The translations under genes and the position numbers were made by a program. Of a stretch of 64,000 nucleotides of DNA, positions 40,586 to 52,040 are shown piece by piece (the first letter of the stretch is position 1; each line of letters begins with the position of its first letter). The notes below the pieces were generated by a model. That model worked only from the letters and a program-made list of their open reading frames with translations. It searched no databases and was not told where the DNA came from. The DNA lies in contig NC_057718.1 of the NCBI RefSeq assembly GCF_004010195.1, positions 78,604,935 through 78,668,934 on the forward strand, in the 5' to 3' direction. This DNA comes from Chiloscyllium plagiosum. Taxonomy: Eukaryota.

Positions 40586-40716
40586 TTCCTGAAGAAGGGC
40601 TTATGCCCGAAACGTCGATTCTCCTGCTCCTCGGATGCTGCCTGTCCTGCTGTGTTTTTCCAGCACTACATTTTTCAACTCTGATCTCCAGCATCTGGAG
40701 TTCCTCACTTTCTCCT
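40586..40716 (+). mobile_element. Penelope-like family A terminus with intact hammerhead core (antisense to plg)
   Basis: CTGAAGA-a-GGGC-ttat-GCCC-GAAA-cgTC at 40589-40616. Confidence 0.8.
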
Positions 40717-41099
40717 AACCACTGAGCCACCATGCCACCTACTTGCAGCTTGACCATGCTTTCTATCACCTCTGGTCTGAAAGTCAAATAAATTGCAACC
40801 TTAAAAAATTTCAATATTTAGTCTAAATCTGGGAATAGTGGGGCTACTCCAGTGGATGTAACAAAACTATGTCACCAAAAATGGCTAGATCATGCCTAGA
40901 AACCTTAATGTGTTCCTTTAACTCATTTATTTTGTTCTGAATACGATAAGCATTTAAGTAAAAAGTTTTTTTCTGTCTTTCTATCATTCTCCTCCTCTTG
41001 TGACCATGTTTGCTGCTGTTTTTCTATGTTTGTACATTCTGTTTCTTCCTGTCCCTCTCTGGGTATTATTATTCATATAGTTGCCCTGCAATGCTGCCA

Positions 41100-42070
41100 T
41101 ATCCTTTTGATTTGTAGGCCTAAGTTGCCTTGCTCATAAACCCTTACCATTTTTATTTAGTTTGAAATTCTCTCTTCAGCCATAGTTATTCAATTCAGCA
41201 GGCCACTGGTCCCATCGCAGTTCAAGGGGAGCCCTCAACAGCTCTCTTCTACATTAGTGTTGGTGTCTATGCCCCATGAACTGAAATCCATTGCTCCTAT
41301 ACCATTTCTGTATTTAACTCCTTCACTTTATATATCCTATGCCAGTTATTCTATGGCGAGGTAGTAATCCCAAGATTATGGTCTTGGATGTTCCGCTACT
41401 AAATTTAGCTCCTAATTGCTCAAATTCTTTCATTAGGACCTCCTTTCCAGTCCTATCAATATTGTTGGTAGCAAGATAAATTCTAACAAATAGATCCCTC
41501 TCCCATTCCAATTTCCTCTTCAGCACTGAGGCTATGCCCTTAAAGGTGAGACGAGGCTAGTGATACAGTCTTTAGGACTCATGGTCACTGCTACAGATGG
41601 CAGCATCTATCCTCCTAATTATACTTAGCCCTATCACTACTACATTCTTACTCTGTTGCCCCCGGTTGAATTGCTCTTGGTACTGTAGTGCCATGGTCAA
41701 TTCATTCAATATCCCGGCAACACTCACTCTCATCCGCACAGCTTTAAGAATCTCATATCTGTTGAACAATTGCAGGGATTATGGCTCCTCAAACATCATT
41801 CTTTGGGGCTCTATAAGTGCTTGACTTGCAGACACACCCTCAAACCGTATTTGAAATACCTAGCCTGAGGGGTATAACTGCCTTTTGGAACAAAGTGTCC
41901 AGGTAACTTTCCCTCTCACCAATTTGGCACAATGTTCACAGCTCAGACTCCAGTTACTCAACTTGGACCTGAAGTTCCTCAAGCTGCGAAAACTTACTTT
42001 GGATGAGTCCGCCCTGGATCATCTTGGTGTCTAGCAGCTCCCATATGCTGCAGCAGCCATCACTATCATA
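41100..42070 (-). mobile_element. CR1 ORF1 (esterase) remnant
   Basis: NRYEIL, VVVIG.SIIRRID..IC and ATNNI.R..KEVL motifs. Confidence 0.7.
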
Positions 42071-42720
42071 TTTTACTATACTTGTTAATTAGTTCCTCTA
42101 AAAGCCCTTCCTTTTCTGCTTTATTATATATTTTTTAAACAAACACCAGTAGCAATCTTATATTTAAAAACTACTTTTTAAGAAATATGAGGGAGTAAAA
42201 AGACTACCAAGCTCAACACAAACTGAAGACTTTACTTTGACTTTAAAAATTAGAAATATTCACCAATACTGCTCATCAATCAGATATTTTCCCAGCACTT
42301 GTGTGGTTTATGACGCCACTCTGCTGCCAGTCTCATAGTATATAGATCTCTCAGTTTTACTCTTCTATCTTCTCCCACTCACCTCTTTCTCTGGAGACTC
42401 TATTTCTTACAATAAAGCTCACCTAAAGTATCTTATTCAACTTCTGTCCCAAGTTCCTACTGTGAACCAAATTCCCTAATTTATTTCATTTATAGGCTTT
42501 TCTTTCACTCACATTCTCCACTCACAAAGACCATGCTGTTTAAAAATCCATTATTATATGGAGTTGAGATGAACCATTTTATATACAGAAATTCAACCAT
42601 TTAAGTTAATTCGTTGGTCAGTTTAAAAATGTTGAGATTTTCTTTTTAACAAAAACTGCAATGCTTTTGTTTTTGTTGTGACTTGATATATTCCTTCCAA
42701 ATGAACTTACTTCTATTTAC

Positions 42721-42887
42721 CTGTTTGAGCGTTAGGTGCTCGAGATGGAATTACAGTGGGGGACTGAGGTGATGCTGTTTGGCACTTTGAAATCCTGCAG
42801 TATTCCCATCGGACTGAAGGATCAGTTGTGAAGCACCAAGGTGCCCTGTCGTTGTCAGGATTTCTACAATTGTTGTCAACCAGTCCC
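42721..42887 (-). CDS. plg: Plasminogen exon 11-equivalent, second half of kringle 4 and K4-K5 linker ([55 protein letters not shown])
   Basis: [12 protein letters not shown] as in human K4. tttacag acceptor, gtaaat donor, 167 nt, phase 2 to 1. Confidence 0.95.
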
Positions 42888-43080
42888 CTGTAAATCAAAA
42901 GTTAAAAGAAAAATAGTCACATGGTGCTAGATTTTTGCCAAATCTAATTCCATTCTTTTTCTTGCCCTGGTTAGCAACCTTTCAATTTTGTAATACAGCT
43001 TATCTCAAAAGTGTTTGAATGGGTGTCACCTGCTTTACCAAAGATATTTGGTTTTGAGGCATATTTGTCAAATCTAATAA

Positions 43081-43720
43081 GGAGAAAGTGAGGACTGCAG
43101 ATGCTGGAGATCAGAGTTCAAAAGTGTGGCACTGGAAAAGCACAGCTGGTCAGGCAGCATCCGTGGTACTGGAGAGTCGATGTTTTGAGCATAAGCTCTT
43201 CATCAGGAATGTATGTGTGTGTGTGTGTGTGGAGGTTGGAGTGAATAGGTAAGACAGTTCAAGAAGGCAGTGCTGAGTTGGAGGGTTGTATCTGGTACAA
43301 GGTGAGGGACGGGAGAAGAAGAAATTGACATTGATTCTGTGTGATTGGAGGGTCCCAGGCGGAAGATGAGGTGTTCTTCCTCCAATCGTTGGGTAGCTAA
43401 GATTTAGCATTGGAGGATGCCCAGGACCTGCATGTCCTTGGTGGAGTGTGAGGAGGAGTTGAAGTGATTGGCCACAGGCGGTGTGGTTGTTTACTGCGTG
43501 TGTCCCAGAGATGTTCTCTGAAATGTTCCACAAGTTGGCGTCCTGTCTCTACAATGTAGGAGGAGACCACATCAAAACCAACGGACGCAGAAGATGAGAT
43601 GTTTAGAGGCGCAGGAAAATCCATGCCAGATGTGGAAGGAGCTGAGATGTAAAACCTGCATCCATACCTCCCCTCTCACTTCCATCCAAGGCCCCAAAGG
43701 ATCCTTCGTTATGCTACAGA
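43081..43720 (-). mobile_element. Penelope-like family A 3' region with a short 5' inversion; includes (GT)n near 43210-43230
   Basis: YIVETGRQL.EHFREHL (GIY-YIG second motif) and EEEHLIFRLG. The hammerhead GAAA is mutated to AAAA. Confidence 0.8.
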
Positions 43721-44849
43721 GACTTGCCCACTGAAACATGGAATCTATTTCATGTCAATCAAGATGATACATCCATAAATATACCAATGAGTCATCACTT
43801 GCTTGGCAATTTCAGAGGTTAGAAACAATTCTAGTTTCTGTTTCCAAATCTATAGGGAAATTTGGCTCATTTGATAAGCAAACATTACCCATTCCTAGAA
43901 AATGATGTCGCCCCACAATTTCCCCCCAAATGCTTATTCACCAAGTATTATCACTTCATGAGGCCATTTAATGAGTCACTGATACAAAACTCTTGCTTTA
44001 TGATGTAGTCTACAGTAAAATTGTCAGTGGTCTTGTGGTGTAGTGTCCCTACCTCTATGTCAGGAGGTCCAGGTTCAAGTCTCACCTGCCTCAGTGGTGT
44101 CTTGTAACATGTCTCAACAGGTTGATTAATTATATTATGTTTAACATTAAATTGTCTGTTGTTAATTATATTTTGCACTGGTCATTTATGGGGATCTGTG
44201 CATTAATGATCAGGCCAGCATTTATTGCAGGTGCACTTGATTGTGATAAACTGGTTGCCTTCTTCAACCATTTCAGCTCATCTGATGAAGGCCCTCCACA
44301 GTTCTGTTAAAGTAATAAACTCCTGGAATATGACCCAGTGGAAATGAAAGAATGGCAATTTATGTCCAAGTTAGAATGACTGAGCCAAAACTCAAGTGGA
44401 GGTGATACAACTGCCATGCATCCGTTCCCTTTGTCCTTCTCGGTCGTGAGCATTATACGTTTAAAATGTGCTATCTAATTCAGTTATGATGAAATCCAGT
44501 CAGACAGCTTGATCATGGAAACATTGCAAATTGTACAAACATCCTGCAACAATAAAAACTCAGCTTTTGTATTCCTGATGTTTGCATGACTCAATGATTA
44601 ATCTTAGAACAATAAAGAGATACTGAAAAATAATGAGCATTCAAAGGGAATTATGGCACTATTAATAAGAAATTATGGTTTCAGATATTTGGTACAGTGG
44701 TATTAATAGAATCTTGTCACAATATCTTTTTGTTTCCTTTGAGGACTGTTTTAACTAAAGTTTTAATATACGGTGCATGATTTATTGATTTTGCCTTGTT
44801 AATAATCAAATACTTTTAAAAATAAACATGTACCTTCATCACATTCTCA

Positions 44850-45250
44850 TTTCTAACTCAGCAGGTCATGGGTTCAAATCTCAATTCAAGCATTTGTATG
44901 TGTTACTTGGGTGCACCCTCCACTGATGTACTGAGAAAGTTCTACACAGTCAGAGATAGAAATTTTTGGGATGGGAGATAAAACCGAGGCTGTTTTTCTC
45001 TTGCCGGCAGATGTAAAACATCCAATAGCAACATGTTGCAGAAAAAGAGAGGAGGCCTCCATATTAAGCTGACCAATATTTATCCCTTCACCAAAATTAT
45101 AATGCCATATAATGTTATTGTGGGACCTCTCTGCAAAAACTAGCTGGTCTCTTCACATTAAGGCAGTGACAACATTTCAAAAATACATTATCGACTCTAT
45201 GCACTTTTAAAGTGTCCTGAGTGAAAGTGGTTTTAAAAATGCAACTCCAT
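44850..45250 (+). mobile_element. Deu-domain SINE (SacSINE1/AmnSINE1-like); related copies near 46180-46560 and 59420-59640
   Basis: gggttcaaatc B-box, taaaaccgagg, gatgtaaaa.atcc, ccaatatttatccct and tgtgggacct motifs recalled from Deu-SINE consensus sequences. Confidence 0.6.
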
Positions 45251-45298
45251 TCTTTGGGACTGTGATCAGCTAGGTACAAAATTGGCCAATGTACATAC

Positions 45299-45455
45299 GC
45301 TTCAGGATAATTGAGTGATGTTTTGCCATGTCTGTGTGGTGTCATGGAATCCCATTCCTGGCATCTTCTTCCTGACACTGTCACGGATGTAGTCCCACGA
45401 TAGTCATAACCATTTTGAGTAAAGCAATCAGTAGGTCCACCTTCGTACGTCGGCA
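45299..45455 (-). CDS. plg: Plasminogen exon 10-equivalent, first half of kringle 4 ([51 protein letters not shown])
   Basis: C-x6-YRG...CQxW...TPH pattern. ttttttag acceptor, gtatgt donor, 157 nt. Confidence 0.96.
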
Positions 45456-46733
45456 CTAAAAAATAAACAACATAGAAGATTTTGTAGAATGTTTGACATA
45501 AAATTTCACAATGTTGAATAATTTACAAATACTTCACAAAGCGTAAGAATGCCTCTACTTCCTCATGAGGCTAAGGGAATTTAGCATGCCCACAAAGATG
45601 CTTACCAATTTGTATAGATGCACCACAGAAAGCATCCTGTCTGAATGCTTCACAGTGTGGAATGGCCCAAAACCCCAAGAAACAACAGGGAGTTGTGGAA
45701 CCCAAGTTAATTTGTATACACTGATTATACATTAAATGATAGCAATTATGTCATTTATTCACAATTAACTGATCAGTTATTATACTTTGTCCATTCTCCT
45801 AATCTTGCCCTGGGTAGTAAATATGCCCAATGTGTTTCAGTTGCAAAATTCAGCCTTTTTAAATTTGTTCAGCATTAATGTATTAACATTTTACTCCAGA
45901 TGAATTTAATTCCTATGTTGGATGTGTTCCTCCATTTGAAGTTTTATGAAAACACTGACATTTGCAGAGCTGAAGATGTGGGCTGAAAGACAGGAATTTC
46001 AGTGGGTCTTGCATCAATTGTTTTTAATCATAAATACCCTGGAGTGACAACAACAAAGCAATAAGTACAGAGTCTAGGAAGTGAGAAAACTACAAAGTAG
46101 ATATGACAACATCTGAAAACCTAGGCTGATATGAAGGCAGTTGAAACTCTGGACTAAACTGTCAGTCTTTATCCAGTAGTAGTGTGCTTGCCTCAATTTA
46201 CTTCAGATGGTTTGGGGTTTATATTTCAATAAATCCAGGCCAACAGTGCAGTGCAGTAATAGGGACTGCTGCACTGATGGAAGTGGCTCCCTTTAGCAGG
46301 AGTATTAAAACAAGACTCTATCTCCTTTCTTAGGTTGATGTAAAAGATACTGTGGTTCTATGGGAGAAAAAGCAAGGACGTTCTCCCTTGTGTCCTGATT
46401 AATGCTTAGGCTCTCATTGTGGCCAATGTCACCTGCAGGTGGTAAACTGCACATGCAACATTGAAGCAACACTTGGTGTCTTATCGGAAAAAAATGTGCT
46501 GTCAATATCATGCCAGAACAGTTTCAAGTACACACATATAAACATATAATTAAGGAGCAGATGCATGCCATTTGCCCCTTGAACCTTCTCTGCTTTTCAA
46601 TAAGAGAATGGCTGGTTTATTATAATGAAAACGGAAATAGCTGGAAAAACTCAGCAGGTCTGGCAGCATCTGTGGAGAGAAATCAGAGTTAATATTTTGG
46701 GTTCTGAAGAAGTGTCATTGAGCCCAAAACATT

Positions 46734-47409
46734 TGTTATGGACAGTCCAGACACCCTCAAAACATTTCAAGAAAGTAGCCCAGCCCCTAACTTTGCTCGT
46801 TGTCTGAAGCAGATATAAGGTGGGATATTCCAGGAGTGATGCAGCTGGCCCAACTACTCAGCTTTAAACAAAACAGAATTTATCTGCAATGTTACCAAAT
46901 GAAACACAAACAGAATACTAAATAACTTAACCTATCTGAAAACCCAACAGAATATCCTAACTTAATGATGTTGTTCCGAATTCCTACAACAATCCCCATA
47001 AAGGTACCCCAAAAAAGGCAAAATCAAATACAGGGTCTTACAGGAGAGAGAGCGAGAGAGATGGCAGAGAGATTCAGCATGAACAACTTCTTCCATGGAG
47101 TTGCCTCTTGGACCAGCAACTACACACTGATTGACTGCTTTCAGTGAACAGCCAGACTGCTAAAAAAAACAAACTAAACCAAACCAAAGAAAGGCTGAGC
47201 TGGAAGAACTGACCACTCCCCTTTCATTGTACAAGTATTTTTTATTAAAACCTGAAAGCCTTTTGCCTGAGGCAGTATATGTTTGTTGTAATCAAATGGG
47301 CCCTAAAACCCTTCAAACCTAGACTTTTTGGAATCATTGCTTTTACGACTTCTCTGGGAAAAAAAAGCCAAAAACAGCATGACCTTGTTAAAGGAGATGC
47401 ATTGTCACA
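46734..47409. mobile_element. Solo LTR (676 bp) inserted into a Penelope-like fold-back terminus
   Basis: TGT...ACA ends with a 4 bp TSD catt (46730-46733 and 47410-47413). Flanks 46630-46690 and 47410-47480 are inverted relatives. Confidence 0.75.
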
Positions 47410-47589
47410 CATTAACTCTGATCTTTCTCCACAAATGCTGCCAGATTTACTGAGTTTTTCCAACAATTGCTGTTTTTATACCTGATGAAGGTACAACAAT
47501 TAAACTTGTTGGACTATAACCTGGAGTTGTGTGATTTTTATCTTTGTCCACCCCAGTCCAACACTGGCTCCTCCACATCATAATCTAAT

Positions 47590-48762
47590 CAAGCAGAGCC
47601 ATCATGGAAAAGGAAATTGTGTCTGACTAATTTATTAGACTTTTGCAAACAAGTCTCAGCCAGAGTGGATACGGGGAACCAGTTGATGTGTTATATTTGG
47701 ACTTCCAGAGGTGTTTGACAAGATATCTCACAAAAGGTTAAGTCATAAGATAACAGCCCACAGATTTGGAAGTGGTATATTGGACTGGTTAGAGAATTGC
47801 CTCATGGATAGGAAACCATGAGTGAAGACAGAGGTCTTTTCTAGGTTGGTGAACCACGATCAGTGGGGTTCCCCTGGGACGGCAAGTGTTTACAATATCT
47901 ATCAATGACTTGGAGGGAGGAAGTAAATGTTCTTTAGCCAATTTTACAGATTATACTAAATATGGTGGAAAAGCATGTTGTGAAAGGGATACAAATGGTT
48001 TACAGAGAGATAGGTTGAGTGAGTGGACAAAAACAAATTGACAAAGAACGTATGGTGCAGTAAAGTTTAGAAGGAAGAACAAAAGAATAATATCATTTAA
48101 ATGCAGACAAACTGTGAAAGCAATTGATGAGGAAACCCAATGGAATGTTGATGCTTATTTCAAAAGAGTTGTAGTATATGAGTAGGGAATTCTTACTGTA
48201 ACTGGGCAAGGTACTGGTGAGACCATATCTAAAGTATTGTGTGAAGTTTTGGTCTTCTTAGTTAAGGAACGATATCATTTCAGTGTAGGTAGTTCAGAGC
48301 ACTAGGGTGATCTGTGGTATGAAGGGATATTCTTCTGAACAAAGGGTTCAGAGGGTTATTACTCTACTCACTCGAATTTAGAAAAATGTGAGGTGACCTC
48401 ATGAAAACATATAAGACTCTTAATGGGCTAAATGCTGAGAGGATGTATCCCTTCATGGGAGCATCTAGGACCAGAGGGCATAGTTTCAATGTAAAGGGTA
48501 TCAAATTAATACTGAAATATGGATGAGTTTCTTCTGTCAGAGGATTCTGTGTCTTTGGAACTCTTTGCCCAGAGAGCTGTGTGGACCAGAGTCCTTGCGT
48601 ATATTTAAGGCTGAGAGAGGTAGATTCTTGATTAGTACAGAACTCGAAGGCACAGGGAAAATGCAGGAAAATGGACGTGAGGAATGTTGGATCAGCCATG
48701 ATATTACTGAATGGTGGATCAGGCTCTGGGGGCTTACTCTTCTTCCTTTTTCATATCTTATG
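47590..48762 (+). mobile_element. Degenerate CR1 RT and 3' end
   Basis: KGKLCLTNLL, YLDFQ, LVRPYL and FFCQR..CLWNSLP motifs. Confidence 0.8.
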
Positions 48763-49127
48763 GACCTCACTTCTATCACCTTCTCTGGCAGAGTTCCAAG
48801 TCTCCAAAGCAAGATTAATTGACAAGAGAGGAGGAAGGGACAAGAACATCCAAGGAGACAAGCCACATTATCTCTCTAGGGGAAGATCAGGTTTCCTTAC
48901 ATCGGCCTAAGGGAAGAACAAAGGCAGTTGACCAGCAGCGACCATCATAAAAGGGCACAGGACCACTATGACGTGGTACTGCTCCATACTATACAGTAAC
49001 ACTCAGATGGGTAGAGTGGTCTCATCTATCGTGGGTTGTATATTTCTTTTCTTTGCCTAATTAGGTAGTGTTGAAACTTTATTGCTGGAACAGCACAGCA
49101 GGTCAGGCAGCATCCAAGGAACAGGAG

Positions 49128-49163
49128 ATTCGACGTTTCGGGCACAGGCCCTTCTTCAGGAAT
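49128..49163 (-). ncRNA. Intact minimal type I hammerhead motif (family A), sense to the plg pre-mRNA, in a TSD-flanked insertion at 49072-49181
   Basis: auuc-CUGAAGA-a-GGGC-cugu-GCCC-GAAA-cgUC-gaau. 4 bp helix I, 4 bp helix II, ACGU palindrome. TSD aattaggtagtgt at 49059-49071 and 49182-49194. Confidence 0.75.
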
Positions 49164-50189
49164 GTTCAAGAATTCTTCAAGAATTAGGTAGTGTACCATA
49201 TCTAAATTGCTGACTCTCAATTAGGAAAGTATGATGATACACCCCCTAATTCAAATGTCAAATCAAGGTCTAATTAGGTCAGATTGATTGCCAGATTCTA
49301 TCTTACATGAGAATAAGGGTAAGTACTTTCCACAGAGGTCACAGGTTTGGTTAAAAGTGCCTGTTCAGAACTTTGCTACAAAGGTTTTTTTTTTCTTTTC
49401 CTCTAATGGTATGATATCATGAGTGCAATTATACATACACAGATTGATAGTGGCCAGATTTTATGACAGCATCCTAACTCTTGCATTGGGAACACACACA
49501 CACACAGTAACATTTATTCCTATATCAATATTATTAAAGTGGATGTTTAGGTCAATATTGTTGTATAATTGCTTTAACAGTCGTGTTACTTTAAGAACTG
49601 GAAATGCAGAGAGGCCAAGAACCAGAATGAAACTGCATACATAGTTACGTGCTACTAAAAGTTGCAGTCTAAGTTGTCAAAGAAATCTGTGTTACTTATG
49701 AATAAACAAGAATATACAAAATTACCAACAGTGCTGGGAATCTTTCTTCCAAAAAAAACAAGTGGTGTCATCTTGAAACTGGCTTGAACCTTGCCAATTC
49801 ACCCCTGATACCATGTGACTTCACCTTTTGTACCAGTCTGCCATGAAGGACCTTCACTGCCTGAATGAGCGATGTAAACTGATTCAATGATAACTTGCAA
49901 AAGGGAAATGGAAATGTACATGAACAGAAAGAAAATTAAAGGGCTGTGGGGAAAGACTAGGAAAGTGGAATCAGTTGAATAATTTTTTCAGAGATTACTC
50001 AAGTACAATTGACTGAATGATCTTCTTTTATGTTGAATGATGATATGATTCTATATTTGACAGATGAAAACATTCTTTGTGACACCAGGAGCTTATCTAA
50101 ACAATTGGTGTATGGTATTTGGAGCACAAACTAACATGCTAATGTCACACAGTTACTAAAGCAATCCAAAAGACAAAGCAAATTTGCCA

Positions 50190-51152
50190 CAAGGAACTGT
50201 TTTGGGAGCACTGCTGTTTGTCATTTTTATAAATGATTTAGGCGCAGGCATAGGTGGATAGATTAGTAAATTTGCAGACGACACTAAAGTCAGTGGAGTA
50301 GTGGACAGTTTGGAAGAATGTTACAGGTTGCAGGGGGACTTGGATAAACTGCAGAATTAGGCTGAGAGGTGGCAAATGGAGTTCAATGCTGCTAAATGTG
50401 AGATGATGCACTTTGGGAGGAATAACAGGAAGGCAGAGTACTGGGTCAATGGAAAGATTCTTGGTAGTGTGGATGTGCAGAGGGATCTTGGAGTCCATGT
50501 GCATAGATCCCTGAAAGTTGCCACCCAGGTGGATAGTGATGTTAAGAAGGCATACAGTGTGTCAGGTTTCATTGGTAGAGGGATTGAGTTCTGGAACCGC
50601 AATATCATGCTGTAACTATACAAAATGCTGGTGCGGCCACACTTGGAATATTGTGTACAGTTCTGGTCGCCCCATTACAGAAAGGATGTGGAAGCATTGC
50701 AAAATGTGCAGAGGAGATTTACCAGGATGCTGCCTGGTCTAGAGGGAAGGCTGAGGGACTTGGTCTGTTCTCATTGGAGAGACGGCATCTAAGGGGGGAT
50801 TTGATAGAGACATACAAGATGATCAGAGGATTAGATAGGGTAGACAGTGAAAGACTTTTTCCTAGGATGATGACGTGAGCTTGTACGAGAGCACACAACT
50901 ACAAATTGAGGGGTGATAGATTTAAGATAGATGTCAGAGGCAGGTTCTTTACGCAGAGAGTGGTAAGGGCGTGGAATGCCCTACCTGCTAATGTAGTCAA
51001 CTCAGCCACATTAGGGAGATTTACACAATCCTTAGATAAGCACATGGATGATTTTGGGATAGTATAGGGGGATGAGCTGAGAATAGTTCACAGGTTGGCG
51101 CAACATCGAGGGCCGAAGGGCCTGTTCTGTGCTGTATTGTTCTATGTTCTAT
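50190..51152 (+). mobile_element. Relatively young 5'-truncated CR1
   Basis: KFADDTK, WQMEFN..KC.MMHFG and [13 protein letters not shown] motifs. ttctatgttctat tail. Confidence 0.9.
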
Positions 51153-51499
51153 CTTCTAAATTGAAGAGAAGAAATAGACAACAGTGAAAAGATTGTGTCA
51201 TGACCATACGGGAGTTAGGGTGAGATAGCTGTATATGAAGTTAAACACAGAAAGAGATACATTTACAGAAGCAGAATTAAGTCTACGTTTTATCATTAAT
51301 CATGTCCTGGGAGATCAATTGCATATTGTAATGCTCTTGTATAAGAAAGCTGCAACTCAGCTGATACATCAACAAGCAATATAATTGCAGATCAGCTAGT
51401 GACAATCATACAAATGACAGAACAACAAACAGTTTAGTGGAGATGATATTTATCAATAAAAAGAAACAAACCACCATCTCGGAATGGTACAATTCTTAC

Positions 51500-51621
51500 C
51501 TGCAGGTTGAAGGCCACACTTTCGTACTTGACAGTATTCCCATCTTGTTTCTGGGTCAGTGGTGTAACACCAGGGCTCCTTTTCATTATCTGGATTTCTG
51601 CAATAATTACGTTCTAGTCCT
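51500..51621 (-). CDS. plg: Plasminogen exon 9-equivalent, second half of kringle 3 ([40 protein letters not shown])
   Basis: Kringle signature. tttttcag acceptor, gtaaga donor, 122 nt, phase 2 to 1. Confidence 0.96.
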
Positions 51622-51877
51622 CTGAAAAACAGTAGTTTTGTTATCAATCAGAAAGAAATATTATACTGTTTTGAGTGTGTGACAAACTTCATCTCATGTA
51701 CAGAATATATGAAAGTCTGGAGTGTCAAATCCTGATTGGAATTGGCAAAGTTGCACAGATTGAGAACAAATCATCAATCAATCTCAGATGGTCCATACAA
51801 ATGAATTAAAACTTAATCCCACATCAGGGAGTAGGGCAGAAAACACTTTAAGCCAAGGGCTACTGACATTTACTTAC

Positions 51878-52040
51878 TTGCAGGGGTAGTTCTCTGGAGT
51901 TCTTGAATGCACGTGTGGTGTCTGAGTATCCCATCTTTGACAGATTCTACCAGAAACAGTTGTCCTTTCAGTCCCACGATACTTCTGACCCTTGCCTGTG
52001 TAACAGACTGTCTCTTCTTCAACAGCAGGAGGCTCTTCAT
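51878..52040 (-). CDS. plg: Plasminogen exon 8-equivalent, K2-K3 linker and first half of kringle 3 (EEPPAVEEETVCYTGKGQKYRGTERTTVSGRICQRWDTQTPHVHSRTPENYPC)
   Basis: Not in the ORF track frame; hand translated. ttttgaag acceptor, gtaagt donor, 163 nt. Ends in PENYPC-K, the plasminogen K3 inter-kringle Cys. Confidence 0.95.

Noticed and set aside
44025..44110. tRNA gene (also near 59840-59925 on the minus strand and 690-720)
   Set aside because: Only A/B-box-like SINE heads are present; no complete cloverleaf can be folded.
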